Positions 1 through 12,930 of a stretch of 56,257 bases of DNA are shown here, piece after piece. The translations under genes were made by a program, and so were the position numbers. The notes beneath the pieces are model-generated. The model made no database searches. It saw only the letters and a program-made list of their open reading frames with translations, and had not been told where the DNA came from. Where the stretch lies: positions 92,822,002 through 92,878,258 of the forward strand of contig NC_068988.1 of NCBI RefSeq assembly GCF_001194135.2, read 5' to 3'. Positions within the stretch are counted from its first letter, which is position 1, and each line of letters starts with the position of its first letter. The DNA comes from Octopus bimaculoides. Taxonomy: Eukaryota.

Positions 1-918
1 ATATATGTATGTATATATATATATGTGTGTGTGTGTGCGTGTATGTGTTGGTGTGTGAGAGTGTATACACTCTTACAAACGCACACACACACACACACAC
101 ACACACGCGCACACACGCACACACACACACTCACACGCACATACATGCATACCTCTCGAGCTTCTTGATTCATATCCGCAGCCAATATGCTCACTTTCAG
201 CTGAATACAACAACAAACTATAATTCTCACAAAAGAATGTATTGGAATGATGAGAAGAAAATGTTTCAGTTTGTTGACCTGTGATATTAGTTTTTTTTTC
301 CCAATTGAAAAGATATAGATTATGTAATTATTTCCCTTCTTAATGTATTTTGCACCAAGATAAGCATTTTATTATATTTCGCAGTCAGGACATGTACTTA
401 TGAGATTTGTATGTATCTTTATTTCGCTTTTTTTTAGATAAGCATTATCAACTGTGTCATATGAAGCTTACCTATCTCTAAAATAGATAAAAACAATGAA
501 TACAAATTATTACAATTGAAAAAAAAAGAAATTATTGTTAAAGAGATAAGATTCAGCAAAGATTAAATTGAGAACGAGTGACTTGTGATTATTTATATCT
601 TTATTATATGCCTGCAACAATAACATGTTATAAAAATCTTGTTTATTCATCATTACAGATTTTTATATGTAAAAATGACGTTTAGAAGAATGAGGGGAAA
701 AGGAACACTGATTTTATTTTTATGAAGCAGATCGTCGGTTTATCTTGTTAAAAAAGACTTCGATCTTCAATACCGGTTTTAAAGATGAATTTTCTCGTTG
801 TTCAATAAACGAAACCAAAGAATGATCGAATTGTATTGTAAATGGCGGAGAATTCCACTTATACAGGTAGCTTTATCTTTGTCTTTGAGCAAAATCAGCG
901 TGACATAATGCGTGGATT

Positions 919-1306
919 GTGGAGGCGCAATAGCCCAGTGGTTAGAGCAGCGGACTCGCGGTTATAGGATCGCGGTTTCGATTCCCAGACCGACCGGGCG
1001 TTGTGAGTGTTTATTGAGCGAAAACACCTAAAGCTCCACGAGGCTCCGGAAGGGGATGGTGGCGAACCCTGCTGTACTCTTTCACCACAACTTTCTCTCA
1101 CTCTTACTTCCTGTTGTGCCTGTAATTCAAAGGGTCAGCCTTGTCACACTGTGTCACGCTGAATATCCCCGAGAACTACGTTAAGGGTACACGTGTCTGT
1201 GGAGTGCTCAACTACTTGCACGTTAATTTCACGTGCAGGCTGTTCCGTTGATCGGATCAACTGGAACCCTCGACGTCGTAAGCGACGGAGTGCCAACAAC
1301 AACAAC
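919..1306 (+). mobile_element. tRNA-derived SINE (~390 bp; resembles octopus OR1-type) with 12-bp TSD
   Basis: tRNA-like head with A and B boxes (tagcccagtggttagagc...ggtttcgattccc), (CAA)n tail, and flanking AATGCGTGGATT at 907-918 and 1307-1318. A second copy lies at ~54090-54462. Confidence 0.8.
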
Positions 1307-1592
1307 AATGCGTGGATTAGTGGTCAAGATATTCGGCTGACAATCGTAAAGTTGTGAGTTCGATTCCAGGCGGAACGTTGTGTCATTGAGCAAGACACTT
1401 TATTTCACATTGCTCCAGTCCACTCGGCTGGCAAGTAGTAACTGTGTCACTTCGAATCTCACTGAAGACTACGTTAAGAGTACACGTGCCTGTGGAGTAC
1501 TCAGCCACTTCTACGTTAACTCCAGGAGCAGGCTATTCTGTTGATCGAATCAATTGGAACCCTGCTCGTCGTAACCGATGGAGTGCCAATTG
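1307..1592 (+). mobile_element. Older tRNA-derived SINE sharing the 3' tail of the previous SINE; host of that insertion
   Basis: Head gcgtggattagtggtcaag...gagttcgattcc. 3' half (actacgttaagagtacacgtg...gatggagtgccaa) is homologous to 1175-1296. Confidence 0.7.
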
Positions 1593-2226
1593 TTGTTTGG
1601 GTGCACCTTTTCGTCTACACAAATTCACTCGTAAAAAACACTTGTCCAAGGTGCAATCCGTGGGATGGAACCCAGACGCCCAAACTTGCAAAGTGATATT
1701 CCTATTCACTCGGCAATACTTGCGCCGTATTACTTACCTTTTGTATCTTTGGATACACGCATTGAATGCTACCCGCTGGGGTTGATTAAACCGCATGTTA
1801 GCTCTAACAGAGCTGATATATAATCAAAGACTAAGCCCGATTTTGTTTTATATACATTGTATATATGATTACATTAACGATTACATTATCGATATATACA
1901 TTGTATATATGATTACATTAACGATTACATTATCGATATANNNNNNNNNNTACATTATCGATATATACATTGTATATATGATTACATTATCGATTGTGTT
2001 CTTCCGTATTAAAAAGTCGAGCATAATTTGAGGTAATCAATGCATTGGCATCGGTATTACATGTCATAAGAAAAAGATTTGCTTTTAGGAGGTCTATTAA
2101 ACATTTACACATTTTAATGGGTTTAATTTTGTTTCTCCAGACTAAATTACATCGAAATTTAAGTATTTAAGTATCAGCAGTAAATAGGTATCATGTGATA
2201 GAGCGTACATGGGGATTTGATTATCT

Positions 2227-2430
2227 GGATCTGTTCAATTTGGTTCACAGATTTTTTTAATGATTTTTTTAACTAAACAGTTTGAAACTTCGTATACTGG
2301 TGGAATTTCTCACCCAGAACACGGTTTACTTTGAACATTTTTGATAAAATTTCGTAGTTTAGAAGTTATTTCGTGTTAAAATTGTCGAATTTGGGTAATT
2401 TTAGCCAGTCAACGACGTGTATTCAGTTGA
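2227..2430 (+). mobile_element. Left-end remnant of a DNA transposon related to the 12931-13607 MITE
   Basis: Starts GGATCT and shares subterminal motifs aaacttcgtatact and aaattgtc...gtattcagttg. No matching right end found. Confidence 0.4.
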
Positions 2431-2651
2431 AGAAAGCTACTACTGTTTGCGATAGTAATCGAAGAGGAACAACTTCCGGGTCAGCTCTACTAAATGTCAC
2501 CATTCTGCTCTATTGGTATGTCGAGCGAAGATGATGCCACCTTTATCCTTTCTTCTTTTTTAGTCAGCACTCTGCATACCTTACTCTTTCCCTCCCTACT
2601 GACAGACAACCACTAGCAACCAGCAAGCGAACTTGTCACTGCCACTACAAT

Positions 2652-2720
2652 TACCATATTTTCCGGCTTATAAGCCGCTATTTTTTTACATGGAAAATTT
2701 AGAGTGCGGCTTACGGTTAC
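2652..2720. mobile_element. Possible pogo/Tigger-like MITE terminus
   Basis: TACCATATTTTCCGGCTTATAAGCCGC...TGCGGCTTA resembles pogo-type TIRs; recognised by eye only. Confidence 0.3.
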
Positions 2721-3409
2721 AGTACATTGGTACCTGGAAGAAAACAAACATATTTGTTTTGTTTTGCCTTCATGTTTTGATAATGTTATTTTTAATTTAA
2801 TAAAGACTTTTATATTGACGAAATGTGTTTGTTGATTATAGTAAGATAAAATCATAACAATAACATAGTTGTAAAATAAACCATTTTGAAACTACATACA
2901 CATCAACAACATAAAAGCTAGCTGCGGACTCGTAGGGGTAAGTCGATCACATCGACCCCAGTGCTCAACTGATACTTATTTTATCGACCCTGAAAGGGTG
3001 AAAGGTAAAGTTGGCCTCAGTTGAAATTTGAACTCAGAACGTAAAGACAGGGTTTAATACAGTCTTGTAGGGCTTTTAATTCAGAATGCAATGAGTCGTG
3101 GCAGATATCACAAAGTGTTATACCCGACGCTCTCACAACTCTGTTAATTCTCCACTGCTATAAGTATTGATTTCTCTTTAAGAAGGAATTTTCGAAATAT
3201 CCCAATTTGTAAAATTATTGTCTGTTAGCTTATATATGCATATAAAACATATTTGAATTTTTACTGATTTTTCGTTTATTCACATTCAAATTTGACAATG
3301 CTACATGCAAATTATCTCACTAAGTAAATGCCGTGTAATTTTTCCGAAACCACAAGAAAAGCTAATAATAATAATAATAATAATAAAAATAATGATGATG
3401 ATAATGATG

Positions 3410-3465
<56 letters not shown>

Positions 3466-3991
3466 TAGCTGGACCCGTGAAAAATTCACGGAAACATTTA
3501 AAATGTAAGCATCTGTAAACGGTGTCCTGGTGCCACGAGAAATGTTTGTGTATTATGACCGTCTGTCTTTAACGTTCTGAGTTCAAATTCTGCCGAGATC
3601 GACTTTGCCATTCGTCCTTTCGGGGTCGGTAAATTAAGTATCAGTTGTATTCTGGGTCGATCTAATCAACTGGTCCCTCTCCTACAAAAGATTCAGGCCT
3701 AGAAAAAGTATAGTGTGACAGTTACAGAATATATGAAGTAATGTAACACCAATGACTATATAATCCAACCAAAATATCTCAATGACACAAACATAAACGG
3801 AATTACTATTTAACCTTAATATATCGTACATATTCAAAGAACTTCAATGTACAAATCGAAATGTAAAAGAACGAAATAATAAATGGATTTATGAATGAAA
3901 GTCTGGTAATTGTGTTTATTTCCACCACGTGACACATATTATTGCAAACATGTTTTAAGTAACCTAAACTATACACACACACACAAGTACA

Positions 3992-4025
<34 letters not shown>

Positions 4026-4640
4026 NNNNNNNNNNNNNNNNNNNNNNNNNNNNNNNNNNNNNNNNNNNNNNNNNNNNNNNNNNNNNNNNNNNNNNNNNNN
4101 NNNNNNNNNNNNNNNNNNNNNNNNNNNNNNNNNNNNNNNNNNNNNNNNNNNNNNNNNNNNNNNNNNNNNNNNNNNNNNNNNNNNNNNNNNNNNNNNNNNN
4201 NNNNNNNNNNNNNNNNNNNNNNNNNNNNNNNNNNNNNNNNNNNNNNNNNNNNNNNNNNNNNNNNNNNNNNNNNNNNNNNNNNNNNNNNNNNNNNNNNNNN
4301 NNNNNNNNNNNNNNNNNNCTTTCACTTCCTTTGTATCCCTCTTCTCTCTCGCTTTTGATTTAACAATGTGTATATGTATCTATGTGTCTACTTCTCTTGC
4401 GATGTGATAAACATTTAAAACCACAAAACGAACGCCGTCACACTCACTGTCTCTTTCACTCTCTCCCTTTCTCTCTTGCTTTCCCTTTCTCTCTCTCTCT
4501 TACTTCCTCTCTGTCCTCCTTTCTCTCGCTTTGCCACTTCTTTGAAGTAAGTGTAACGCATACAACTGGTACATACAAAAACAAAAAGTTAGCGTATTAA
4601 TATTATTGATAATAATAATAATAATAATGATAATAATAAT

Positions 4641-6219
4641 CGTTATCCCCGTTAATATTTGTCTTATGTTTGATCCTCCTCAGTTTAGTATTAAGGAAGG
4701 CAAAGGCAGGGTATCACTTCAGAAATAGTAAACCATTTGCTCTTCATGGATAATCTGAAGCGTTTTAGTAAAAATGAAAGACAGATAGATTCCTTAAAGA
4801 CAGTAAGACACTTCAGCAAAAATATAAGCATGGAATTTGGCATAGATAAGTGTGCAATATTAGTCATGAAAAGGGGACAGGTAGTCAGCAGTGAAGGTAT
4901 CTTATTACCAGATGGTCAAACATTGAAATTATTTGAAGGTGAGAGTCATAAAGTATCTTGAAGTATTAGAATCTCACAGAGTACTAACTACAGAAGTGAA
5001 ACGAAAATTGAGGAGTACATCAGAAGGGCGAGGAAGCTAATGAAGTCAAAGCTAAACGGTCCGAATCTTGCAAAGGCTGTAAATACTTGGGCAGTATCAT
5101 TACTTAGAGCAGCTTTTGTAGACTAGACAAAACTGAATTAGTAAAGCTAGACAGAAGAACTAGGAAAGAATTCAATATGAATGGAGGACTCCACCTAAGG
5201 GCAGGAGTAGCAAGATTATACCTACCTAGAAAGGAAGGTGGAAGAAGGTTAATATCAGTAGAAGTCTGTGTGGAGTTAGCTAGAGTAGCTATAGACTCCT
5301 ATGCAGGTGAAGAAAGTTTATTAAGAGCTGCTTGAGTCACATAGGACACAGGGAAACCAAAAAGCCAAATAGAAACCAGGAAAAAGAACAGAAGTTATCT
5401 GACTAGCAAGAGAAGGTTTGCATGGTGGATTCTCAAAGATTGTTGTAGCAAATAGTAGTAGTGAGACATGGTTATGGTTGCAAAAGGAAAGCTGAAAAGG
5501 GAGACAGAAAGTTTGTTAGTAGCGGCACAAAAAATCAAGCATTAAGGCCTAATTGGATAAAAGCCAAAATAGAGAAAAACCAAGTAGATTCCCTATGAAG
5601 GTTATGCAAAACAAAAAAGACGAAAGTGTTACTTATTATAATAAGCGAATGTAGCATGCTGGTACAGGAAGAATACAAGAAACGACATTACAATCTAAGG
5701 AGAGTAATCTACTGGGAACTATGTAGAAAGCTAGGATTTGAACAAACTGATAAATCGTATGAACATGAACTTAGTAAAGTACTAGAAAATAAGAAGTATA
5801 AGATGTTGAGGAACTTAAACATTCAAATTGACAAAATAATAGAAGCTAGAAGACCTGATTTAGTAGTAGTAGTAGTAAAGATAATAGAAGGTGGCAGATA
5901 ATTGACTTTACAGTCCCAAATGATGGGAAAATCAATATGAGAAGTATAGAGAAAATAGCAAAGTACCAGGACCTAGCCATTGAATTACAGAGATTATGGA
6001 AAGTACGGATAATATATATCTCAGTAGTTATAGGTTTCATTAGGAACTACCCCTAAAGATTTGAACAAATGGATAGAGGAAATAGGCATAAATACCCAAT
6101 TTAAACAACTCCAGGAAACAGTGTTATTAGGGACAGCTAGGATACTTAAGAGGGTTCTTGGCATCTAAGGTTACTTGTTGTAAGGAATTTTTTTCCAACA
6201 GCCTGATCTGTTGTGTATG
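4641..6219 (+). mobile_element. 5'-truncated, decayed R4/Dong-clade non-LTR retrotransposon (RT C-terminus + restriction-like endonuclease)
   Basis: Fragments NHLLFMDNLK.., MEFGIDKCAILVMKRG, IISEC..EEYKKRH, RRPDLVV, KYQDLAIELQRLW with stops and frameshifts. (AAT)n arrays on both sides; Dong elements are known to target TAA repeats. Confidence 0.85.
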
Positions 6220-6291
<72 letters not shown>

Positions 6292-6292
<1 letters not shown>

Positions 6293-6686
6293 GCGGGAGT
6301 GCATCATAGCCATGTGTGTGTGTGGTAGCATCATAGCCATGTGTTTGTGAGTGGGAGCATCATAGCCATGTGTCGAGAAGAATTCTTTGGGGTTTGCATA
6401 ATTCACCTTTGGAAACATGGGTGTTTTGTTCATCATTTTTAAACAAACCTTATTCAGGGATCTTTTGAGCGGGAAGAGCTACTCGACCTGAAGAAAATTC
6501 TAACTGTGCCTCACCTACAAGGTCATGCACTGTTTATCTTGATATGAGATCACTATGTCGCGCACATGGTTGTGATGCATGTGCCTGGAGCACCCTTATC
6601 ATACGAGTGGTCATGACGGGTATACTGGGCTTCGCCTATTTTAACCCAGTGTCACTTTGATGGCATACACTGCTCTTTCACTCAAT
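6292..6686 (+). mobile_element. Non-coding retroposon 'X', copy A (ends ctctttcactcaatg-(ATA)n)
   Basis: Homologous to 6995-7385, 9628-9869 and 9916-10472; shared core ttattcagggacc...gctactcgacctgaagaaaattc...gtgtcactttgatggc. Confidence 0.8.
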
Positions 6687-6687
6687 G

Positions 6688-6742
<55 letters not shown>

Positions 6743-6743
<1 letters not shown>

Positions 6744-6975
6744 TTATTCTTTTTGTTAGCCACAAGGGCTCACATAAAATAACATTAAAAGACATGCAAT
6801 AACACAAAAGACAAAAACAGGACGATACAATGAGTTTTCCGCGTGTAAACAATGTAAATAACAATTAAAATTGAACAAATTAAAACTCCCAATAGGGGAG
6901 GCGCTTTAAGGTCCTCGTGGAAAAACCCACAAAAGCCACGGGTGCTTGATTAACAGGGCAAGAGCCCTTCTCCAT
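6743..6975 (-). mobile_element. 3' end of a LINE-like element on the minus strand
   Basis: Minus strand ends ...agcccttgtggctaacaaaaagaataaa followed by (ATT)n; the tail resembles the 3' end of the 8064 SINE. Confidence 0.45.
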
Positions 6976-6994
6976 TAATTCCTTTTATTTTACA

Positions 6995-7385
6995 AGTGCA
7001 CGCCCAGTTGACTGATCTTAACCATTTGAGCATGTCCCTGAATGGCTGACGATATGTGCATCTCTGATCACAAACAGAAGTAGTGGGGAGCATCATAGTC
7101 ATGTGTTGAGAGGAATTCTTTGGGTTTTGAATTAAAAAAACGTATTTAGGGACCTTTTGAATAAACAAACCGTATTTAAGGACCTGAAGTATATTCCAAC
7201 TGAGCCCAGCCTGCATTGTTATGCGCTGTTTATCTTGATATAAGATCACCCTACCACACACATTAGGTTGCGATGCACGTGCCTACTATACCCGTATCAG
7301 CCGGATAGTCATGATGGGTATATTAGGCTTCGTATATTTGTACTCCAGTGTCACTTTGATGGCATGCGCTGCTCTCTCACTCAAT
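6995..7385 (+). mobile_element. Retroposon 'X', copy B
   Basis: Same core and same 3' end ctctctcactcaataataat. Confidence 0.8.
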
Positions 7386-7684
7386 AATAATAAAGATATT
7401 TTGATGAGCTATACTGAAAAAAAAAATGGATACTTACATATACAGAAGTTTATGACGTTACAAATTCGACGGAGTAGACATAAAAGTGTAATTAAACCCA
7501 TTGGTGCATATATCATCATCGAACGGAAATAGAATATGCAAGGATAATTTCGGTTGGGTAAGAAATCAGGACATAAACAAACGTAAATATCGTAAGGTAT
7601 ATTTTGTTTAGAACTTTAGCGATTTTGCGACCCACGGTCCTAATTTTACCCTAATAATAACGCTTTCTTAGAGATGGATAAAGT

Positions 7685-7752
7685 TAAAGCTTTGTTGAGT
7701 AAAGCTTTGCTGAGTAAAGCTTTGTTGAGTAAAGCTTTGTTGAGTAAAGCTT
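7685..7752. repeat. 15-bp minisatellite (TAAAGCTTTGTTGAG) x~4.5
   Basis: Directly visible. Confidence 0.9.
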
Positions 7753-8063
7753 AGTCAACTAGCTTAAAACTAGTATCTTGCTGAAAGAAAATATGGAACA
7801 CATAAGTACACTAATTGTCGTATGACAGTTAGTTGATTACGTAATGGACTAACAACTTCTATTTCGGGTTAAATAGCACCACGACAATAGAAACAACTCT
7901 TGGATGGAACATATCGGTTAAATGGCCTAAAGCCATCGGCGTTTCGGCTCCTTCAATAACAGACACCATCGCCCAGGCCAGCTAAGGTTCATCCTATTCC
8001 GACTTGCGTCATTGTCACCTCCTCTTCCTTCACCTCCTATCTACCCTTGAGGCCATAGGATGT

Positions 8064-8299
8064 AAGGCAGCGAGCTGGCAGAAACGTTAGCACGCCGGGC
8101 GAAATGCTTAGCGGTACTTCGTCTCTCTTTACGTTCTGAGTTCAAATTCCGCCGAGGTCGACTTTGCCTTTCATCCTTTCAGGGTCGATTAAATAAGTAC
8201 CAGTTACGTACTGGAGTCGATATAATCGACTTAATCCGTTTGTCTGTCCTTGTTTGTCCCCTCTGTGTGTAGCCCCTTGTGGGCAATAAAGAAATAAGA
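8064..8299 (+). mobile_element. Abundant SINE family (aaggcggcgagctggcag...ctgagttcaaattccgccgaggtcgactttgcc)
   Basis: Near-complete copy. Partial copies at ~2930-3050(-), 3510-3710(+), 12765-12880(-), 15455-15540(-), 50575-50705(+), 53300-53420(-). Confidence 0.8.
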
Positions 8300-9627
8300 T
8301 TGTCGAGAAATCCAAATAAACCTGACCTGTTGATCTTGAGTAGCCAAGCTTCTAGGTTTTTCTTTGAATGGTAATAGAGAATTATCTTCACCACCAAGCT
8401 AGAGTTGATTGACTGATCTGTAATGATGTCAATGACAAATCTACATACTGAGTACTCGAATTTGTCGATTATTTCTCTTCTTTAGTAGCCTGGCCCTTGA
8501 CCTGCAAACCTAAAACTACCTCCTGCCCAAGCGTTAGGTTTCTCAGTTTCTGGTAGGATCACCCTACTCCCCATGGCCAAAGTTGTTGTGATGAGTTAGT
8601 GGTCCGACTGACTTGGTCACTATGTACAGGGGAAAAGTGTAAAGAATAACGCAGGTAGCAGAACCTTTTATTATTACTTTTCTTAGTCGATACCAGTCTT
8701 ATGTTTCTGACACTATAGACATCTGTGAAGAAATTGCTTTCACTTGGGGAAAAAAGAAACATTACAAAAAGACACACACACACACACACACACACAGAGA
8801 CAGACACACACACACACACACACACACACANNNNNNNNNNNNNNNNNNNNNNNNNNNNNNNNNNNNNNNNNNNNNNNNNNNNNNNNNNNNNNNNNNNNNN
8901 NNNNNNNNNNNNNNNNNNNNNNNNNNNNNNNNNNNNNNNNNNNNNNNNNNNNNNNNNNNNNNNNNNNNNNNNNNNNNNNNNNNNNNNNNNNNNNNNNNNN
9001 NNNNNNNNNNNNNNNNNNNNNNNNNNNNNNNNNNNNNNNNNNNNNNNNNNNNNNNNNNNNNNNNNNNNNNNNNNNNNNNNNNNNNNNNNNNNNNNNNNNN
9101 NNNNNNNNNNNNNNNNNNNNNNNNNNNNNNNNNNNNNNNNNNNNNNNNNNNNNNNNNNNNNNNNNNNNNNNNNNNNNNNNNNNNNNNNNNNNNNNNNNNN
9201 NNNNNNNNNNNNNNNNNNNNNNNNNNNNNNNNNNNNNNNNNNNNNNNNNNNNNNNNNNNNNNNNNNNNNNNNNNNNNNNNNNNNNNNNNNNNNNNNNNNN
9301 NNNNNNNNNNNNNNNNNNNNNNNNNNNNNNNNNNNNNNNNNNNNNNNNNNNNNNNNNNNNNNNNNNNNNNNNNNNNNNNNNNNNNNNNNNNNNNNNNNNN
9401 NNNNNNNNNNNNNNNNNNNNNNNNNNNNNNNNNNNNNNNNNNNNNNNNNNNNNNNNNNNNNNNNNNNNNNNNNNNNNNNNNNNNNNNNNNNNNNNNNNNN
9501 NNNNNNNNNNNNNNNNNNNNNNNNNNNNNNNNNNNNNNNNNNNNNNNNNNNNNNNNNNNNNNNNNNNNNNNNNNNNNNNNNNNNNNNNNNNNNNNNNNNN
9601 NNNNNNNNNNNNNNNNNNNNNNNNNNN

Positions 9628-9870
9628 TATTCAGGGACCTTTTGAGCGGGATGGGCTACTCGACCTGAAGAAAATTCTAACTGGGCCCCACCTGCGAGGT
9701 CATGCGCTGTTTATCTTGATATGAGATCACCATGTCGCGCACATATGATTGTGATGCACGTGCCTGGTGTACCCTTATCAGACGGGTAGTCATGATGGGT
9801 ATACTGGGCTTCGTATACTTTACCCCAGTGTCACTTTGATGGCATGCACTACTCTCTCACTCACTCAATG

Positions 9871-9903
<33 letters not shown>

Positions 9904-10472
9904 TAATAATAATAAATGCCCTGATACAGTACCAGGCGGTGGCTTTCATGGCTTCTTATCGTAACTGATTTTCCATTGTCATGTAGATTGTTTTGTCTTC
10001 GTATAAAAAATAAACTACAGCAAATATTCTGCTCAATACCACAGATTTGCTTGTCAGTTGTCTGACCTTAACCAGTTGAGCATGTCCCTTAGTAGCTGAC
10101 GATATATGCATCTCAGATCACGAGCAGAAGTAGCGGGGAGCGTCACAGCCATGTGCTGAGAGTAATTCTTTGGGGTTTGGATAATTCACCTCTGGAAACA
10201 TGGGTGCTTCGTACAACACCGTTAAACAACCCTTATTCAGGGACCTTTTGAGTGGGATGGGCTACTCGACCTGAAGAAAATTCCTAACTGGGCTCCACCT
10301 GCAAGGTAATGCACTATTAATCTTGATATGAGATCTCCATGTCACGCATATATGGTTGTGATGCATGTGCCTAGTGCACCCTTATCAGATGAGTAATCAT
10401 GATGGGTATACTGGGCTTCGTATATTTTACCCCAATGTCACTTTGATCGCAAACGCTACTCTCTCACTCAAT
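9628..10472 (+). mobile_element. Retroposon 'X', tandem copies C (9628-9869) and D (9916-10472, longest) separated by (AAT)n
   Basis: Direct sequence homology to copies A and B. Confidence 0.8.
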
Positions 10473-10479
10473 AATAATA

Positions 10480-11104
10480 GTTTTCTCTAGATCTGGTCGT
10501 TCTCTTTGAGAGGTAGATGGGATACAGGACCCACTCTTCAGTCCGCCAGGGTGACACTGTGAGTCTTCGTCCGAGGTCCTCACTTTTAAAGAGGACCCAA
10601 TGCCGGCAAACTGTCTCTCTCTGTGTATATGGGCCACATCTATTAAAATTTCTCCGAGGTCCTTCTCAACGTGACCGATGGAAACTATTTCAGTTCTCCT
10701 ACTTTCGCCTGATACGCATCTAAGATCTCGACACTGTTATCACTGCTATTCTCAAGGTGGTCACCGCTACTACTGCAAAGTGGACTTTCGACTTTTTCTC
10801 CCTCTCTTTTCTCCTCCCTGTCTCCTGTATTGTTTCCAGTAACGGAAGGAAGGGGAGGGAAATCTTCAGCAGTCACTAGACCTGCGAGAGGGGCAGTTTT
10901 TCTTAACTCTTTCAAGTTGGGCTCCGGGAGGGGGGGCCAAACAAGTACCGAAACCTAGTGACAGGTGCCTGGTGTTTCTATTAACAACTTGGAACAAAAT
11001 GTAAACCAAAAAAAAAAAAAAAAAAAAACCCGCACCAAACGGGTGTAAACAAATGTTTTCAAAAGGACTTACTTGGAGCGTTCGAAAACACGTCCGATGT
11101 ACTC
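10480..11104 (-). mobile_element. Possible 5' UTR/ORF1 start of an L1/Tx1-like LINE
   Basis: Minus strand follows an (ATT)n array, has a polyT tract and a low-complexity ORF (EDFPPLPS...). Family assignment by impression only. Confidence 0.3.
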
Positions 11105-11186
11105 TGCAGCAAATATAATAATGACAATGATGATGATGATGAGGATGATGATAATAATAATAATGATAATAATAATAATAATAATG

Positions 11187-11228
<42 letters not shown>

Positions 11229-11349
11229 GCTGTGAATTTGCGTCTGTAAACTGGGAATGCATACAACGAGTTTCTCTGCCCTAGGTGTACGGAAAACACT
11301 CGGCGAGAAATGGAAGAAAATTTGAAGAAAGAAGAAAAAAACAAACAAC

Positions 11350-11389
<40 letters not shown>

Positions 11390-12427
11390 TGATGATGATA
11401 ATAATAATAACTGAATGCAATTATATGCATTATTCATTCGTCCAATACATGCCAAATTAGTAGGACAAACTATATAAAAATGAACGTAATGTTGAAAGAT
11501 GCAATACAATAAGTGTAGGGATAAGTCTAAAAATTTGATGATGATGATGCCAGTGATGATGATGATGCCAGTGATGATGATGATGCCAGTGATGATGATG
11601 ATGATAATGATGATTATGATGATGATGATGATGATGATAGTGATAATAACGATGACTTTGGTAATAATAACTCTCTTGCAACAACACCCATTCGTATATC
11701 CAATTGCAAAATGCATACAAAAATTTGAATAGACACCAGACAAAGTTATACAAAAGCAATAGGATCTGACACGTCTCACAACATTAATTTATATTAAAGT
11801 TTTCTTAATTACACAAATAATTACACAAAATATTTAGATAACTATATAAAACAAAGAAAATGTCTAAAGATATAATTTGAAGAAACAGCAAAACAATTAC
11901 ACCAACTTACTCAAAGACATGTGAGAAGCCCTTCGTTTGGGTTAGAGTATGCCACGGCTTTTCTAACTTGCTACGTCACATATTAGAACTTGCGGCACCC
12001 AAAGACTACGAGAAGGTGTCTTGCGTTGAACAGGAGAAAAAGAATTCAGCCTTCTCAGAAAATTGCTGTTTTATGGAGTTATAGATCATCCATGTCACTT
12101 TCAATACCTTCCTATTGACTAATGTCTTTTAAACTCACGCCATGTTACATTCTCCCCAGTTAGCGCATTATCCTTGTAACTACACTTTACCAGGCTCATT
12201 TGTGTTCTTAGGGTTAGGCTGCTTATTTGCAGGATCACAAACTTAATATTGTCCCTTGACGAGAGGAGTTTTTTTCGGGTATCTTACACATATTTTGTTC
12301 GGATTTTCCCTTTTACTTTTTTAAATTGTACTCGACATACTACCATCTTTCTCCATTCTCTATTTGTCGTCTGTAGCCACAAAATTATGTGGTGACAGAC
12401 GACTATTTGGAGGTCCTCTCCTATGAA

Positions 12428-12503
12428 TGGCCGTCTTACTGGATCTTGGCCGTCTTACTGGATCTTGGCCGTCTTACTGGATCTTGGCCGTCTTACTGGA
12501 TAT
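12428..12503. repeat. 19-bp minisatellite (TGGCCGTCTTACTGGATCT) x4
   Basis: Directly visible, near perfect. Confidence 0.95.
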
Positions 12504-12930
12504 CAACTCATGACATCTAGAACACAGTGAGACCCTCGACTATTCTTGGAGCTGTGACCAAGGATGACTTCGAAAGAGCGGTTTCTATCTCTTGCTGTGG
12601 TTATGGCAAAACTAACCTCTGCGGAACTTGAACTTGGAATACTATATCGTATTCTGACCGCCACTGTAACGATGTTGCCACTCCATTGCTTCGCCTTTTG
12701 TAATTGTTTCTAAGTTTGTCACTAGGTAAGCAACTTTGAAGAGATAGGGTCAGTCGTATAATAGGAGCCCAGTACTTGGTTGGTACTTTATTTTATCGAG
12801 TACGGAGGGATGAAAAGCAAAATTGCTCTAGGTGAGATTTGAACCCAAAACACAAAGAACTGGATAAAATACCGCATTTTCTCCGAAGACAGAAAAGAGA
12901 AGAAAAAAAGAAGAAAAAGGAAGAAAAGCA

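Noticed and set aside
919-990. tRNA gene
   Set aside because: It is the tRNA-like head of a SINE: no acceptor stem closure, and it continues into a repeated body.
8725-9724. Long ORFs spanning N-runs or microsatellites (also 3910-4407, 11069-11779, 14252-14921, 40947-41549, 47855-48695, 50420-51629)
   Set aside because: Open only because of Ns or simple repeats; no coding signal.
12428-12503. CRISPR-like array
   Set aside because: Contiguous 19-bp units with no spacers, in a eukaryotic context; an ordinary minisatellite. The same applies to 7685-7752.
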